64,000 nucleotides of DNA from Alphaproteobacteria bacterium. Lineage in GTDB: Bacteria > Pseudomonadota > Alphaproteobacteria > SP197. The stretch lies in contig OZ219919.1 in assembly GCA_964291415.2 (NCBI GenBank), positions 116,021-180,020 of the forward strand. Reading direction: 5' to 3'. Each line of letters begins with the position of its first letter. Position 1 is the first letter of the stretch. The notes beneath the pieces were generated by a model. The model saw only the letters and a list, made by a program, of their open reading frames with translations. It was not told the DNA's origin and did not search any database. Shown here piece by piece: positions 1 through 8,938 of this stretch. The position numbers and the translations under genes were made by a program.

Positions 1-933
1 CAGCGGATGCCCGATCTCTTTCGAGTGCTGCGAGGGCAGATTGACGAGCGCCGTCGCAGCGGCCGGCGTTCGCGACACTTTCTTCTCCTCGGGTCGGCTT
101 CGGACAGGCTGATGCGGCAATCGTCGGAGTCGCTCGCCGGCCGCATCATCTATCACGAGCTGCCGGGGCTGGATGCTCTGGAAGTTGGGTCCGATCACGA
201 TTCTCTTTGGCTCCGTGGCGGCTTTCCCGACTCCTTTACCGCCCGAAGCGATGCGGCGAGCGCCCGCTGGCGTCTCAACTTCGTTCGCACCTATCTGGAG
301 CGCGACATCCCGCAGTTCGGCGTGCGCGTGCCAGCCGAAACCCTGCGGCGCTTCTGGACGATGCTCGGCCACCGCCAGGGTTGTCTCCTGAACGCCTCGG
401 AGCTTGCCCGCAGTCTCGATGTCTCGGTGCCCACGGTGACGCGTTACGTGGACCTCCTGTCGGACCTGATGCTGGTCCGCCGGCTGCCTCCCTGGTTCGC
501 CAACGTCGGCAAGCGCCTGGTCAAGACCCCCAAGGTCTACATTCGCGACAGCGGGGTCCTGCATTCACTGCTGGGACTCGGCACCCTCGACGACGTGCTC
601 TCCCATCCGGTGATCGGGGCGAGCTGGGAAGGCTTCGTGATCGAGAACCTGATCGCGGCCGCCCCCTTCGGGACGGACGCCTGGTTCTATCGCACCCGGG
701 CGGGAGCGGAGATCGACCTCCTGCTGAACATGCCTGACCGCCGCCTGTGGGCGGTCGAGGTGAAGCGAAGCGCCGCGCCCAGGGCCGGAAAGGGATTCGA
801 AATCGGCGCCTCCGACCTTGACGTGGACGAGCGATTCGTCGTGCACCCCGGCCACGAGACATTCCCGCTGTCCCGGACGACCACCGCGGTCCCTCTGGTG
901 GACCTGATGGCACGGCTCGAAGCGCTCGCCTGA
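1..933 (+). CDS. AAA+ ATPase with DUF4143 C-terminal domain (5' end lies before the window)
   Basis: FLLLGSAS...SESLAGRI, LWLRGGFP, TYLERDI, KRLVKTPKVYIRDSG, GASWEGFVIE, EIDLL..AVEVK. Walker A is absent and the frame is open at the window edge. Confidence 0.9.
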   Translation, partial: QRMPDLFRVLRGQIDERRRSGRRSRHFLLLGSASDRLMRQSSESLAGRIIYHELPGLDALEVGSDHDSLWLRGGFPDSFTARSDAASARWRLNFVRTYLERDIPQFGVRVPAETLRRFWTMLGHRQGCLLNASELARSLDVSVPTVTRYVDLLSDLMLVRRLPPWFANVGKRLVKTPKVYIRDSGVLHSLLGLGTLDDVLSHPVIGASWEGFVIENLIAAAPFGTDAWFYRTRAGAEIDLLLNMPDRRLWAVEVKRSAAPRAGKGFEIGASDLDVDERFVVHPGHETFPLSRTTTAVPLVDLMARLEALA

Positions 934-984
934 CCTTGCGGCAAGGAGTTCATTCCACGACAGGCGCCTGTGCCAGCTGCGCTG

Positions 985-1273
985 TGTGGACTCCGTGACG
1001 CGACTGCGTCGGGTGTGAGCCCGAGACGGGCATCGGAACGCAGGTCCTCCGGCGCGACGTCATCGGGATCGTCGAATGAGAGAGCGAGAGTAGCTGCCTG
1101 TTTCAACGATCCAGGCGGCACCGGCCTCGCGTCGGGTGCGGTCTTCGGACGCCTGGCCGGCCGGTCGGCAGCCGCCCATGCATCACGACCGTGAGCGGTG
1201 GGGCGCCGGCAGAGCTTCCGGAACAGGGCCATGAGACCGGGGATCGCCCGCCGGAGGTGATGACAATACTCAT
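985..1273 (-). pseudogene. Decayed GyrI-like effector-binding domain, N-terminal part
   Basis: LALSFDDPDDVAPEDLRSDARLGL matches LTLSFDDPGDVAPENLRSDACLEL in the 6294-7220 protein. DNA similarity is visible between 1030-1083 and 6567-6620. Confidence 0.75.
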
Positions 1274-1461
1274 GGAGCCGTTTGCCGACCTCCAGGGCGA
1301 CGCTGATCCCTGCCGGTTCCCCGCCCGATGCCAGCCGGTAGCACGTTCGTCGGGATCCCTTGATCCCCTCCAGGGGCAGGGTGTTGCCGGTGACGGTCCC
1401 TGACCGATGTCGTTCTCACGAGGCCCCCCGCACAACAGGCTCGAGCCCGAGCCGTGGTCGG

Positions 1462-1489
1462 TTGACAAGGGCCTCCGCTCCCGGACCAT
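1462..1489 (+). promoter_or_regulatory. Candidate sigma70 promoter for the FAH gene
   Basis: TTGACA at 1462-1467, 16-bp spacer, GACCAT at 1484-1489. Confidence 0.35.
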
Positions 1490-1499
1490 GGGCCCGTCG

Positions 1500-2207
1500 A
1501 TGACCATCGGGAGAGAGACCCTGACCTTCATCATTCCGCCGGGAGAGCCCGTGGGCCTTGCCGTCGAAGGCAGAACCGGGCTCTTCCCCGTGGGCCGCGT
1601 CTTCTGCATCGGGCGCAACTATGCCAACCATGCGATTGAGATGGGCGGCGATCCGGAACGGGAGGAGCCGTTCTTCTTCGCCAAGCCGGCCTCGGCGATC
1701 ATCCCGGGGGGAGGATCGCTTCCCTATCCTCCCGCCACCGCCAGCCTGCACCACGAGGTCGAACTCGTCGTCGCGCTTGCTTCGGGTGGCCGGAACCTCT
1801 CCCGGTCGGTAGCGCGCGAGGCCATCTTCGGCCATGCCGTGGGCATCGATTTGACGCGCCGCGACCTTCAGGACATCGCCAAGAAATCGGGGAGACCCTG
1901 GGACATGGCCAAGGGTTTCGATGCCTCCGGTCCGGTGGGCGCCCTCGTGCCGGCGGAACGCCGGGAACCGCGCGAGGAAGCCTCGATCACGCTCGACGTG
2001 AACGGCGAAAGACGGCAGTCGGGGACCCTCGGCCAGATGATCTGGAAGCCTGACGAGTCACTCGCCTTTCTCTCCACCCTGGTGGAACTCAAGCCCGGAG
2101 ATCTCGTCTTCACCGGCACGCCTGCCGGCGTCGGCGCGGTCGTCCGGGGCGACCGCATCGCCGCCCGGATCACGGGACTTCCCGCGCTGCACTGCACAAT
2201 CGTGTGA
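1500..2207 (+). CDS. Fumarylacetoacetate hydrolase family protein (acylpyruvase/fumarylpyruvate hydrolase-like)
   Basis: RVFCIGRNYANHAIEMG, PFFFAKP, LHHEVELVV, DLTRRDLQ, WDMAKGFD, GDLVFTGTPAGVG. Start is uncertain (1488-1521). Confidence 0.92.
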   Translation: MTIGRETLTFIIPPGEPVGLAVEGRTGLFPVGRVFCIGRNYANHAIEMGGDPEREEPFFFAKPASAIIPGGGSLPYPPATASLHHEVELVVALASGGRNLSRSVAREAIFGHAVGIDLTRRDLQDIAKKSGRPWDMAKGFDASGPVGALVPAERREPREEASITLDVNGERRQSGTLGQMIWKPDESLAFLSTLVELKPGDLVFTGTPAGVGAVVRGDRIAARITGLPALHCTIV

Positions 2208-2364
2208 GAATCCTCCACGGTCCGCTCGCGACCTCCAGGCCATCAAGGACGCGGTCATCGGGGCCAGAATGACAAGGAGGCATACGCGACACGCATAGGA
2301 CGTGTCCTGAAGCGCCATGCTGATTCGCGGGACATCGGTGACACCAGCGGTCTCGGCTCTGCCG

Positions 2365-2470
2365 ACCTCGATGATCTCGCCGCTTTGCGGCCACCACGCC
2401 GGAAACAGCCGACTGCATGCTTCCGCGCCACCGTCACAAGGACCAAGGCGGGTGTGCGACGGCATTGCAC
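2365..2470 (-). pseudogene. Decayed GyrI-like domain, C-terminal part
   Basis: HTRLGPCDGGAEACSRLFPAWWPQSGEII versus THRGPYDGIAEAYRRMYSLWLPQSGEDI. tcgatgatctcgccgctttgcggccaccac is nearly identical to the sequence at about 6400-6430. Confidence 0.75.
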
Positions 2471-2546
2471 ACAGGGACGCACCAGGGTCGGGGGCCCGGC
2501 CGCGTGTTGGGCCGTCGGCCGGCAATGCGATGCGGCCGAGCTGAAG

Positions 2547-4895
2547 CTAGATTTCGTCGTGACGCGGCATGCGGTAGCCGACTCGCCGTTCGGTCAGGAT
2601 GTAGGTCGGCTCGGCGCTGTCCTCGCCAAGCTTGCCGCGCAACCGCTTGACGTAGGCGCGCACGAGCTTCGGGTTGGCGTAGCTCTTCCCGCTCCACACC
2701 TGGCGCAGCAGCGCATCGTAGGTCGCCACTCGGCCCTGGCCAAGCGACAGCACGCGCAGCAGATCGTATTCAGTCGCCGTCAGCTCCACTTCCCGTCCTT
2801 CGAGCATGACCCGCCGGTGGGCATAGTCGATGGCGAGCGCGCCCAGCACGAACGGGTCGGGCTCGGCACGGCGGCGCAATGCCGCCCCGATCCGCGCCGT
2901 CAACTCGGTGGCCGAGAAGGGCTTGACAACATAATCCTCGGCGCCGGCCTCAAGGGCGCGTGCGATGGTCTCGTCGCGCCCGTAGCCGGAGATGAAGATG
3001 ACGGGAACGTCGGTCAGTTCGGGTACCGTCTCCATCAGTTCGATGCCGTCGGTCCCGGGCAACACCAGGTCGAGGACGACCAGCACGGGCTTTTGCGCCT
3101 CGAGGAGGTCGCGCAGCTGGTGGTGGTCGGTGGCGACCAGGGGGGCATAGCCCTCCCCAAGCAGCGCGTCACGCACGAAGCGCAGCATCTGCGGGTCGTC
3201 GTCCACCACCAGGATACGCGGCCGCACCCCGGCTCCATGCGCCGCAGCGTGCCGACCCTGCGCCGCGCCTGCTTCGCCGCCCACCTTCCCGACCTGCGGC
3301 AAGATGAAGGTGAACCGCGCGCCCCGGCCCGGCCCGGCGCTCTCGGCCCGGATGCGCCCGCCATGCGCCTCCACAAGGCCCTTGCAGATGGCGAGACCCA
3401 GTCCGCCCCCGACGCCGGGCTCGCCGTCGCCGGCGCCGCCGTACTTTCGGAACAGGCGCGCCAGGCGCTCCGGCGCCATCCCCCTTCCCTCGTCCGTCAC
3501 CGAGACCGCGACATGCGCGCTGTCGCACTCCGCCGCGATTCGGATGGGGACACTCTCCGGAGAGTGCCGCGCGGCGTTGGCGAGCAGGTTGTTCAGGACC
3601 TGTACGATTCGCCCCCGGTCGGCCATCACGCGGGGAAGGTCCACCGGAAGGTCGATGTGCACCGCATGCCGGGCGTCGCCGGACAGGAACGCGGTGCGCG
3701 CCTGCTCGACCAGCTCGCCCACCTCCGTGGGCTCGGGTGCGACCGAGAGCGTGCCGGAGTCGATCCTGCCCGCGTCGAGCAAGTCGCCGATCAACCCGCT
3801 CATCCGGTCGGCCTGCTGGTCGATGATGCGGAAGAACTGCCGCGTTTCCGCGGAGCCGAAGCTCTGCGGCGTGTTCAGCACCGTCGCAGTTGATCCCTTG
3901 ATGGCGGCGAGCGGCGTGCGCAGCTCGTGGCTCACCATGCCGAGGAACTCCGCTCGCATCCGGTCGAGTGCCTGGAGCGGGGCGAGGTCCTGCAGGGTGA
4001 CCATCACCGATACGACGGTGCCGTCTTCGGCCTGGATTGGCGTGACGTTGGCCAGCACGCTGACGCTGCGCCCGTCGGAGGTCTCGAGAACGACCTCTTC
4101 GGCGCGGACCGTCTCGGCGCCGCTCAGCGCCGGGGCCAGCTCGGCGCGGTCGAGCGCAATCTCGCGACCGTCCGGGAGGCGGCACGTGATCGTGTCAAGC
4201 CATTCCTCGAATGGACGGCCCGGGGCGTGCAGGATGTCGCCCAGGCGCCGGGCCTCGCGGTTGGACATTTCCGCCTGCCCGGTCCGCGGGTCGAATACCA
4301 CGACGGCGACCGGCGAAGTCTCGACCAGGGCCTCGAGGTCGGCGCGGACGCGCTGTTCGGCCCGGAAGGCGCGGGCGTTGACGATGGCGGCCGCTGCTTG
4401 CGCGGCGAACAGCAGCTGCGCCTCCTCGTCGTCGCTGGTGAACTCGCCCCCTGCCGTCTTGTCGCCCAGGAAGAAGTTGCCGACATGCACGCCGAGATGG
4501 CGTATCGGCGTGCACATGCAGGCGCGCGAGAGCATGAACTCCCAGGACGCGCCCATTGCGCGCGCGTAGTCGGCAAAGTCCGCGATCTGGAACGGCCCGG
4601 GCAGGTCGCGCAGGCGTCGGAACATCTCGGGTCCGTCGGGCCATTGTTCCAGTTGGCGGTGCTCGTCCTCGGTCATGCCCGAGGTGACGAAATCCAGCGG
4701 CGTGCCGGTCTCGTCGATGGTGACGATGCATCCGTCCCGCGCACCGGTGAGGGCACGGGCGCCATCGATCGTCTCACGCAGCACGGTCTCGAGGTCGAGA
4801 CTCGCGCTGATGCGCAGCAGAGCTCTGCTCAGGGAAGAAAGGCGCGTCTCGTCGGGCGCCGGGTTCGCGGCAGGAGGGTCGGGCGGCGCGGTCAT
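2547..4895 (-). CDS. Soluble hybrid sensor: GAF-PAS-HisKA-HATPase-REC-OmpR winged helix
   Basis: H-box VSHELRTPL, N-box QVLNNLLANA, G-boxes DEGRGM and GLGLAI, receiver ILVVDDD..LDLVLP..DYVVKPFS, wHTH LTATEYDLL..RLRGKL..TERRVGYR. No transmembrane segment. Confidence 0.9.
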   Translation of the reverse strand: MTAPPDPPAANPAPDETRLSSLSRALLRISASLDLETVLRETIDGARALTGARDGCIVTIDETGTPLDFVTSGMTEDEHRQLEQWPDGPEMFRRLRDLPGPFQIADFADYARAMGASWEFMLSRACMCTPIRHLGVHVGNFFLGDKTAGGEFTSDDEEAQLLFAAQAAAAIVNARAFRAEQRVRADLEALVETSPVAVVVFDPRTGQAEMSNREARRLGDILHAPGRPFEEWLDTITCRLPDGREIALDRAELAPALSGAETVRAEEVVLETSDGRSVSVLANVTPIQAEDGTVVSVMVTLQDLAPLQALDRMRAEFLGMVSHELRTPLAAIKGSTATVLNTPQSFGSAETRQFFRIIDQQADRMSGLIGDLLDAGRIDSGTLSVAPEPTEVGELVEQARTAFLSGDARHAVHIDLPVDLPRVMADRGRIVQVLNNLLANAARHSPESVPIRIAAECDSAHVAVSVTDEGRGMAPERLARLFRKYGGAGDGEPGVGGGLGLAICKGLVEAHGGRIRAESAGPGRGARFTFILPQVGKVGGEAGAAQGRHAAAHGAGVRPRILVVDDDPQMLRFVRDALLGEGYAPLVATDHHQLRDLLEAQKPVLVVLDLVLPGTDGIELMETVPELTDVPVIFISGYGRDETIARALEAGAEDYVVKPFSATELTARIGAALRRRAEPDPFVLGALAIDYAHRRVMLEGREVELTATEYDLLRVLSLGQGRVATYDALLRQVWSGKSYANPKLVRAYVKRLRGKLGEDSAEPTYILTERRVGYRMPRHDEI

Positions 4896-4990
4896 CGGTG
4901 GCTCCTTGCTCTCGTTTCGCGGCCTGCGCGGCGAGCCTCAGGGGTGGGTGGAGACGGGTGAAAGTTTCCATATATTCGCATCATGAACCG

Positions 4991-5027
4991 TACAATTATC
5001 ATACAATTCGCATAACACATTGTATAC
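4991..5027. promoter_or_regulatory. Candidate operator in an AT-rich divergent promoter
   Basis: TACAATT at 4991 and 5002 (11-bp period). ATACAAT (5001-5007) and ATTGTAT (5019-5025) form an inverted repeat. Confidence 0.5.
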
Positions 5028-5088
5028 TGCGTGTTCTCACCAACGAAGCCGGTGATCATCAGCGTTCACAAACGAAGGGAGTAACGTT

Positions 5089-6060
5089 GTGAATCGAAGA
5101 ATCAGAGGAGGGATTGTGGGGTTCATGTCGGCGGCCGTCCTGGCGATTGCCGGGACCGCGAGTGCGGACAGCAACGAACCGATCAAGATTCCCATCAAGA
5201 ACTGGTCGAGCCAGATCGTCATGGCCCACGTCATCGGTGGCATCTTCGAGAGCATCGGCGCCACCGTCGAGTACGTGCCTGTCGACAACCAGGCGAGTTT
5301 CGAGGCCGTGCGCGTCGGCGACATCCACATCCTTCACGAGGTGTGGCAGTCGACCATGCAGAATGCCTACTACAGCGCCATGGAGAAGGGCGGCCTGATC
5401 GATGCGGGCACCCATGACGCCGAGACGCTGGAGGAGATGGGTGTGCCGAACTGGGTGATCGACCAGGGCCTGTGCCCCGGCCTGCCCGCCTGGGAGGCGC
5501 TCAAGGACTGCTATGCCAACTTTGCCACCCCGGATTCCGGCGGCAAGGGCCGCTGGCTCGAAGGTCCCCAGAGCTGGCACGGCGACATCATGCCCAACCG
5601 CATCAAGGGGCTGGGGCTCGACGACACCTGGGTGGTCAAGTTTGCCGGTGCTGCCGATGCCCTGTGGGCCGAACTCGAGGCGGCCAAGAAGGAAGGACGC
5701 GGCACGATCATCTTCAACTGGACCCCGAACTTCACGGATGCCGAAGGGTTCACCTTCATCGAGTTTCCGCCCTACTACGACGGTTGCCGCATCGTCGATG
5801 GCGGCGACCTGAGTTCCACGGGTTGCGGCTCACCGGTCGGCTGGCTGAAGAAGGGAGCGCATTACAGGCTTCCGAAGACCCATCCCCAGGCCTACACGGT
5901 GTTCTCGAAACTCACGTTCAACACGCCGCAGATCGGCTCCATGGCGGCTCTGGTCGATCTCGACAAGATGACCCATGAGGATGCCGCGGCCAAGTGGCTG
6001 GCTGACAACGAGGACGTCTGGAAGCCCTGGACCGAATCGGTTCTCGGCGAAAGCAACTGA
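5089..6060 (+). CDS. tmoX: Glycine betaine/TMAO ABC substrate-binding protein, TmoX-like
   Basis: Signal peptide, PIKIPIKNWSSQIVM, HEVWQS, LCPGLPAWEALKDC, GKGRWLEGPQSW, IIFNWTPNF. Resembles marine TmoX proteins as recalled. Confidence 0.7.
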   Translation: MNRRIRGGIVGFMSAAVLAIAGTASADSNEPIKIPIKNWSSQIVMAHVIGGIFESIGATVEYVPVDNQASFEAVRVGDIHILHEVWQSTMQNAYYSAMEKGGLIDAGTHDAETLEEMGVPNWVIDQGLCPGLPAWEALKDCYANFATPDSGGKGRWLEGPQSWHGDIMPNRIKGLGLDDTWVVKFAGAADALWAELEAAKKEGRGTIIFNWTPNFTDAEGFTFIEFPPYYDGCRIVDGGDLSSTGCGSPVGWLKKGAHYRLPKTHPQAYTVFSKLTFNTPQIGSMAALVDLDKMTHEDAAAKWLADNEDVWKPWTESVLGESN

Positions 6061-6073
6061 ACGCAGCTCTCGG

Positions 6074-6133
6074 GCAAGGCAATCCTGCCTTGCGTGACAT
6101 TTCTGTCGGGCCCTCCGTCACCGGAGGGCCCGA
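6074..6133. terminator. Two tandem hairpins between convergent genes
   Basis: gcaaggca-atcc-tgccttgc (6074-6093) and the 12-bp stem tcgggccctccg-tcac-cggagggcccga (6106-6133). Confidence 0.65.
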
Positions 6134-6293
6134 TTGCATTAGAGCATTGACCCGGCCGGTGACCGGAAGGCTGGACCCTGACACCAAGGCCCGGGCCGTG
6201 TGTTCGCTCGCCGCTGAAGGTGTCCTCGAAGAAGGAGGCCCCGGCATCGACCTCCGCCAGCCGCACATTGAGCGCCACGGGCACCTGTTTCTG

Positions 6294-7220
6294 TCAGGGC
6301 GAGGGCGCTGGTTTCAACGGAACACAGAGATCGGTCAGCAGATCGGCGAGCGGGGTGTCAAGCGGCGAGTTTCGGTAGATCTCCATGTCCGGGCGATCAT
6401 CGATGTCCTCGCCGCTTTGCGGCAACCACAGCGAATACATCCGCCGATATGCTTCCGCAATGCCGTCGTAGGGACCACGATGGGTATAGATGGCGTAGCG
6501 CCCGGCAGGCAACGTGTCGAGGGTGATGCCGGGCGGCGGTACCGCGTCGGTTGCGAGTTCGAGGCAGGCATCGGAACGCAGGTTCTCTGGCGCAACATCG
6601 CCGGGATCGTCGAACGAGAGGGTGAGAATGCGTCCAGGCGTCGCGCCGACGCTTGCCGCCCACGCGAACAGGCGGTGGAAGCACGGGCCTACTTCGTCGT
6701 AGGGGCCGACATGGCGAATGCGGGCCACGCTGATGTCTTCGATGGTCTCGATGCGGATATCCATGTTGATGTCTCCTGTTGGCAGATCGATGTCCAGGCG
6801 TCCGGCGCCAGGGTCGTACCTGACCCGTGACGCCGGACCAGCAAGGGACGGAGGCGTTGAGACCGTGCGGTAGCGGCCCGGGCTCATCCCGCAGGCGCGG
6901 CGGAACGCTCTCGAAAAGGCCTCGGCCGAGTTGTAGCCCGCGTCCAGGGCAACATCGAGCACGTCGACGCTCTCATGACGAAGGCGCCAGGCGGCCCTCT
7001 CCAGACGCAACCGCCGCACGAGGCCGGCAATCGAATCGCCGGTCATGGCGCGGAACATGCGCTGGCAATGGAAACGAGAGAATGCCGCTTCGGCAGCCAC
7101 TTCCTCGACCGTCCACGGATGATCGAGGCGCTCTGCAACGGCTTCAAGAGCCCGGATCAGCCGGCGGTGGGTCACGGAACGCATGAGCCCAGCGTCGCAC
7201 GGATCCCGCACCATGGGCAT
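6294..7220 (-). CDS. AraC family regulator with GyrI-like effector domain
   Basis: FSRFHCQRMF..RRLRLERAA..ALDAGYNSAEAFSRAFRR, then HVGPY, LRSDAC and HRGPY..WLPQSG..EIYRN. Confidence 0.92.
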   Translation of the reverse strand: MPMVRDPCDAGLMRSVTHRRLIRALEAVAERLDHPWTVEEVAAEAAFSRFHCQRMFRAMTGDSIAGLVRRLRLERAAWRLRHESVDVLDVALDAGYNSAEAFSRAFRRACGMSPGRYRTVSTPPSLAGPASRVRYDPGAGRLDIDLPTGDINMDIRIETIEDISVARIRHVGPYDEVGPCFHRLFAWAASVGATPGRILTLSFDDPGDVAPENLRSDACLELATDAVPPPGITLDTLPAGRYAIYTHRGPYDGIAEAYRRMYSLWLPQSGEDIDDRPDMEIYRNSPLDTPLADLLTDLCVPLKPAPSP

Positions 7221-7255
7221 GACCGGATGTGCGGTTCTTCATCGATTGCCCGGTC

Positions 7256-8938
7256 TCAGGCTTTCGAGAAGAGATCCTTCCTCAGACTCTGGATGGCGTC
7301 GGGATCGACGTCGACATGGATGACGGCCGGCTTGCCCGACTCGAGAGCGGATGAGAGGGCCCGGGCAGTCTCGCCCGGCCGCCTGACGCGCCAGCCGTTG
7401 GCGCCGACGAGCCGGGCGTAGTCGGCGAAGGGAGGATTGAGGAGATCGGCGCCCATGTAGCGCCCTCCGAAGAAATCTCGCTGGTAGGCCTTTTCGGCGC
7501 CCCAGGCGCGGTTGTCGAGAACGACCGCAACCACCGGAAGATCATGCTGCACGGCTGTCGTCAGCTCGATCATGGTGAGACCGAATCCACCATCGCCCAT
7601 GATGGCGATCACCGGGGAACCGGGTGCTGCCGCCTGTGCCCCCAGGGCAGCGGCATAGCCGAAACCCACGAGTCCGAAATCGAGCGGTGTCACGAGACCC
7701 GGGCAGCGACCGAACCTAAGGCGATCGGCGGCCTGCAGGCAGACGGCGCCGGTATCGAGAGTGACGATCGCATCCCGGGGAAGCGTTTCGCGGATCTCTC
7801 CCAGCACTCTCGCCGGCGAGAGCGGCATTCCCGTCAGCCGGGCTTCGCCTTCGCGCTCGGCCTCGATGAGGCGTCGTTCGTCGTGAAAGGCCCTTGTCCA
7901 GGCCTGCCAGCGCGCTGTCTCCGGAACAGCCGCCTGAAAGGCACGGGCCGCCTCACCGGCATCGGCGACAATGCCCAGCGCCACCGGAAAGTGACGCCCG
8001 AGCGCCATGGCATCGATATCGACCTGCACGATGGCTGCGTCCAGGTTCAGGTAATCGGCGCTGTGAAAGGTCGAGTTGAATCCAAGGCGGGTTCCAAGCG
8101 CCAGGATGACATCGGCTTCGCGCGTGAGCCTGGAGGCGAGACGGTTGCCGCGCGGACCCGCCTGGCCGGCCAGCAGCGGGTGGTCCGTCGCCAGCACGTC
8201 GTGGTGGCCGGTCGCGGCAACGACGGGGACGTCGAGTGCACGGGCAAGACAATCGAGCTCGGCCGATCCCCTCGCCCACTTCACGCCGCCACCGGCCACG
8301 ATCACCGGCCGCTCCGCGGCGGCGAGCAGCTCCTTCACCTGTTGGATGTGCGCCTCCGCCGGCGCCCCCGCCGTGACGGGCCCGGAAGGTTTCGGCAGGT
8401 TCCCGGAAACCGATGACGCGAAGAGGTCCCGCGGCACGTGGAGGACGACGGGGCCGCTCCTGCCCGTCATGGCAACACGCAGCGCTTCGTTGAGAAGTTC
8501 GCAAAGCCGATCGGCATGCGGAACCCGGATCGAGCGCTTGGTGACGGGCGCCAGGAGGGCCTCCTGGTCAATTTCCTGGAAGGTGTCGCGCCCTGACTGG
8601 CTGCGCGAGATGGCGCCGGCAATGGCCACCACCGGAGAATAGGCGAGGTGAGCCTCCGCAAGGGCCGTCGCCAGATTGGCAACACCGGGGCCGGCCTGGG
8701 CGCCGAGCACCACGCCCGGCCCGCCTGTCAGGCGTGCCGCGGCATCTGCCATGTGACCGGCTGCCCGCTCGTCGCGGGAGCCGATGTAGGAGATGGGGGA
8801 ATCGTGAAGCGCATCGAGGAGTTCGAGCATCGAGCCGCCGATGACCCCAAAGACCGTGTCGACGCCGGCACGTTCGAGAACACGCGCCACCGCCTCACCG
8901 GCGCCCATGCGCGAAGGGGCCGGCATCACAGGCTCCAC
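7256..8938 (-). CDS. Thiamine diphosphate enzyme, sulfoacetaldehyde acetyltransferase (Xsc)/ALS-like
   Basis: RDERAAGHMAD, GPGVAN, FQEID, GDGGFG..N ThDP motif, Xsc-like WGAEK. Confidence 0.85.
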   Translation of the reverse strand: MEPVMPAPSRMGAGEAVARVLERAGVDTVFGVIGGSMLELLDALHDSPISYIGSRDERAAGHMADAAARLTGGPGVVLGAQAGPGVANLATALAEAHLAYSPVVAIAGAISRSQSGRDTFQEIDQEALLAPVTKRSIRVPHADRLCELLNEALRVAMTGRSGPVVLHVPRDLFASSVSGNLPKPSGPVTAGAPAEAHIQQVKELLAAAERPVIVAGGGVKWARGSAELDCLARALDVPVVAATGHHDVLATDHPLLAGQAGPRGNRLASRLTREADVILALGTRLGFNSTFHSADYLNLDAAIVQVDIDAMALGRHFPVALGIVADAGEAARAFQAAVPETARWQAWTRAFHDERRLIEAEREGEARLTGMPLSPARVLGEIRETLPRDAIVTLDTGAVCLQAADRLRFGRCPGLVTPLDFGLVGFGYAAALGAQAAAPGSPVIAIMGDGGFGLTMIELTTAVQHDLPVVAVVLDNRAWGAEKAYQRDFFGGRYMGADLLNPPFADYARLVGANGWRVRRPGETARALSSALESGKPAVIHVDVDPDAIQSLRKDLFSKA

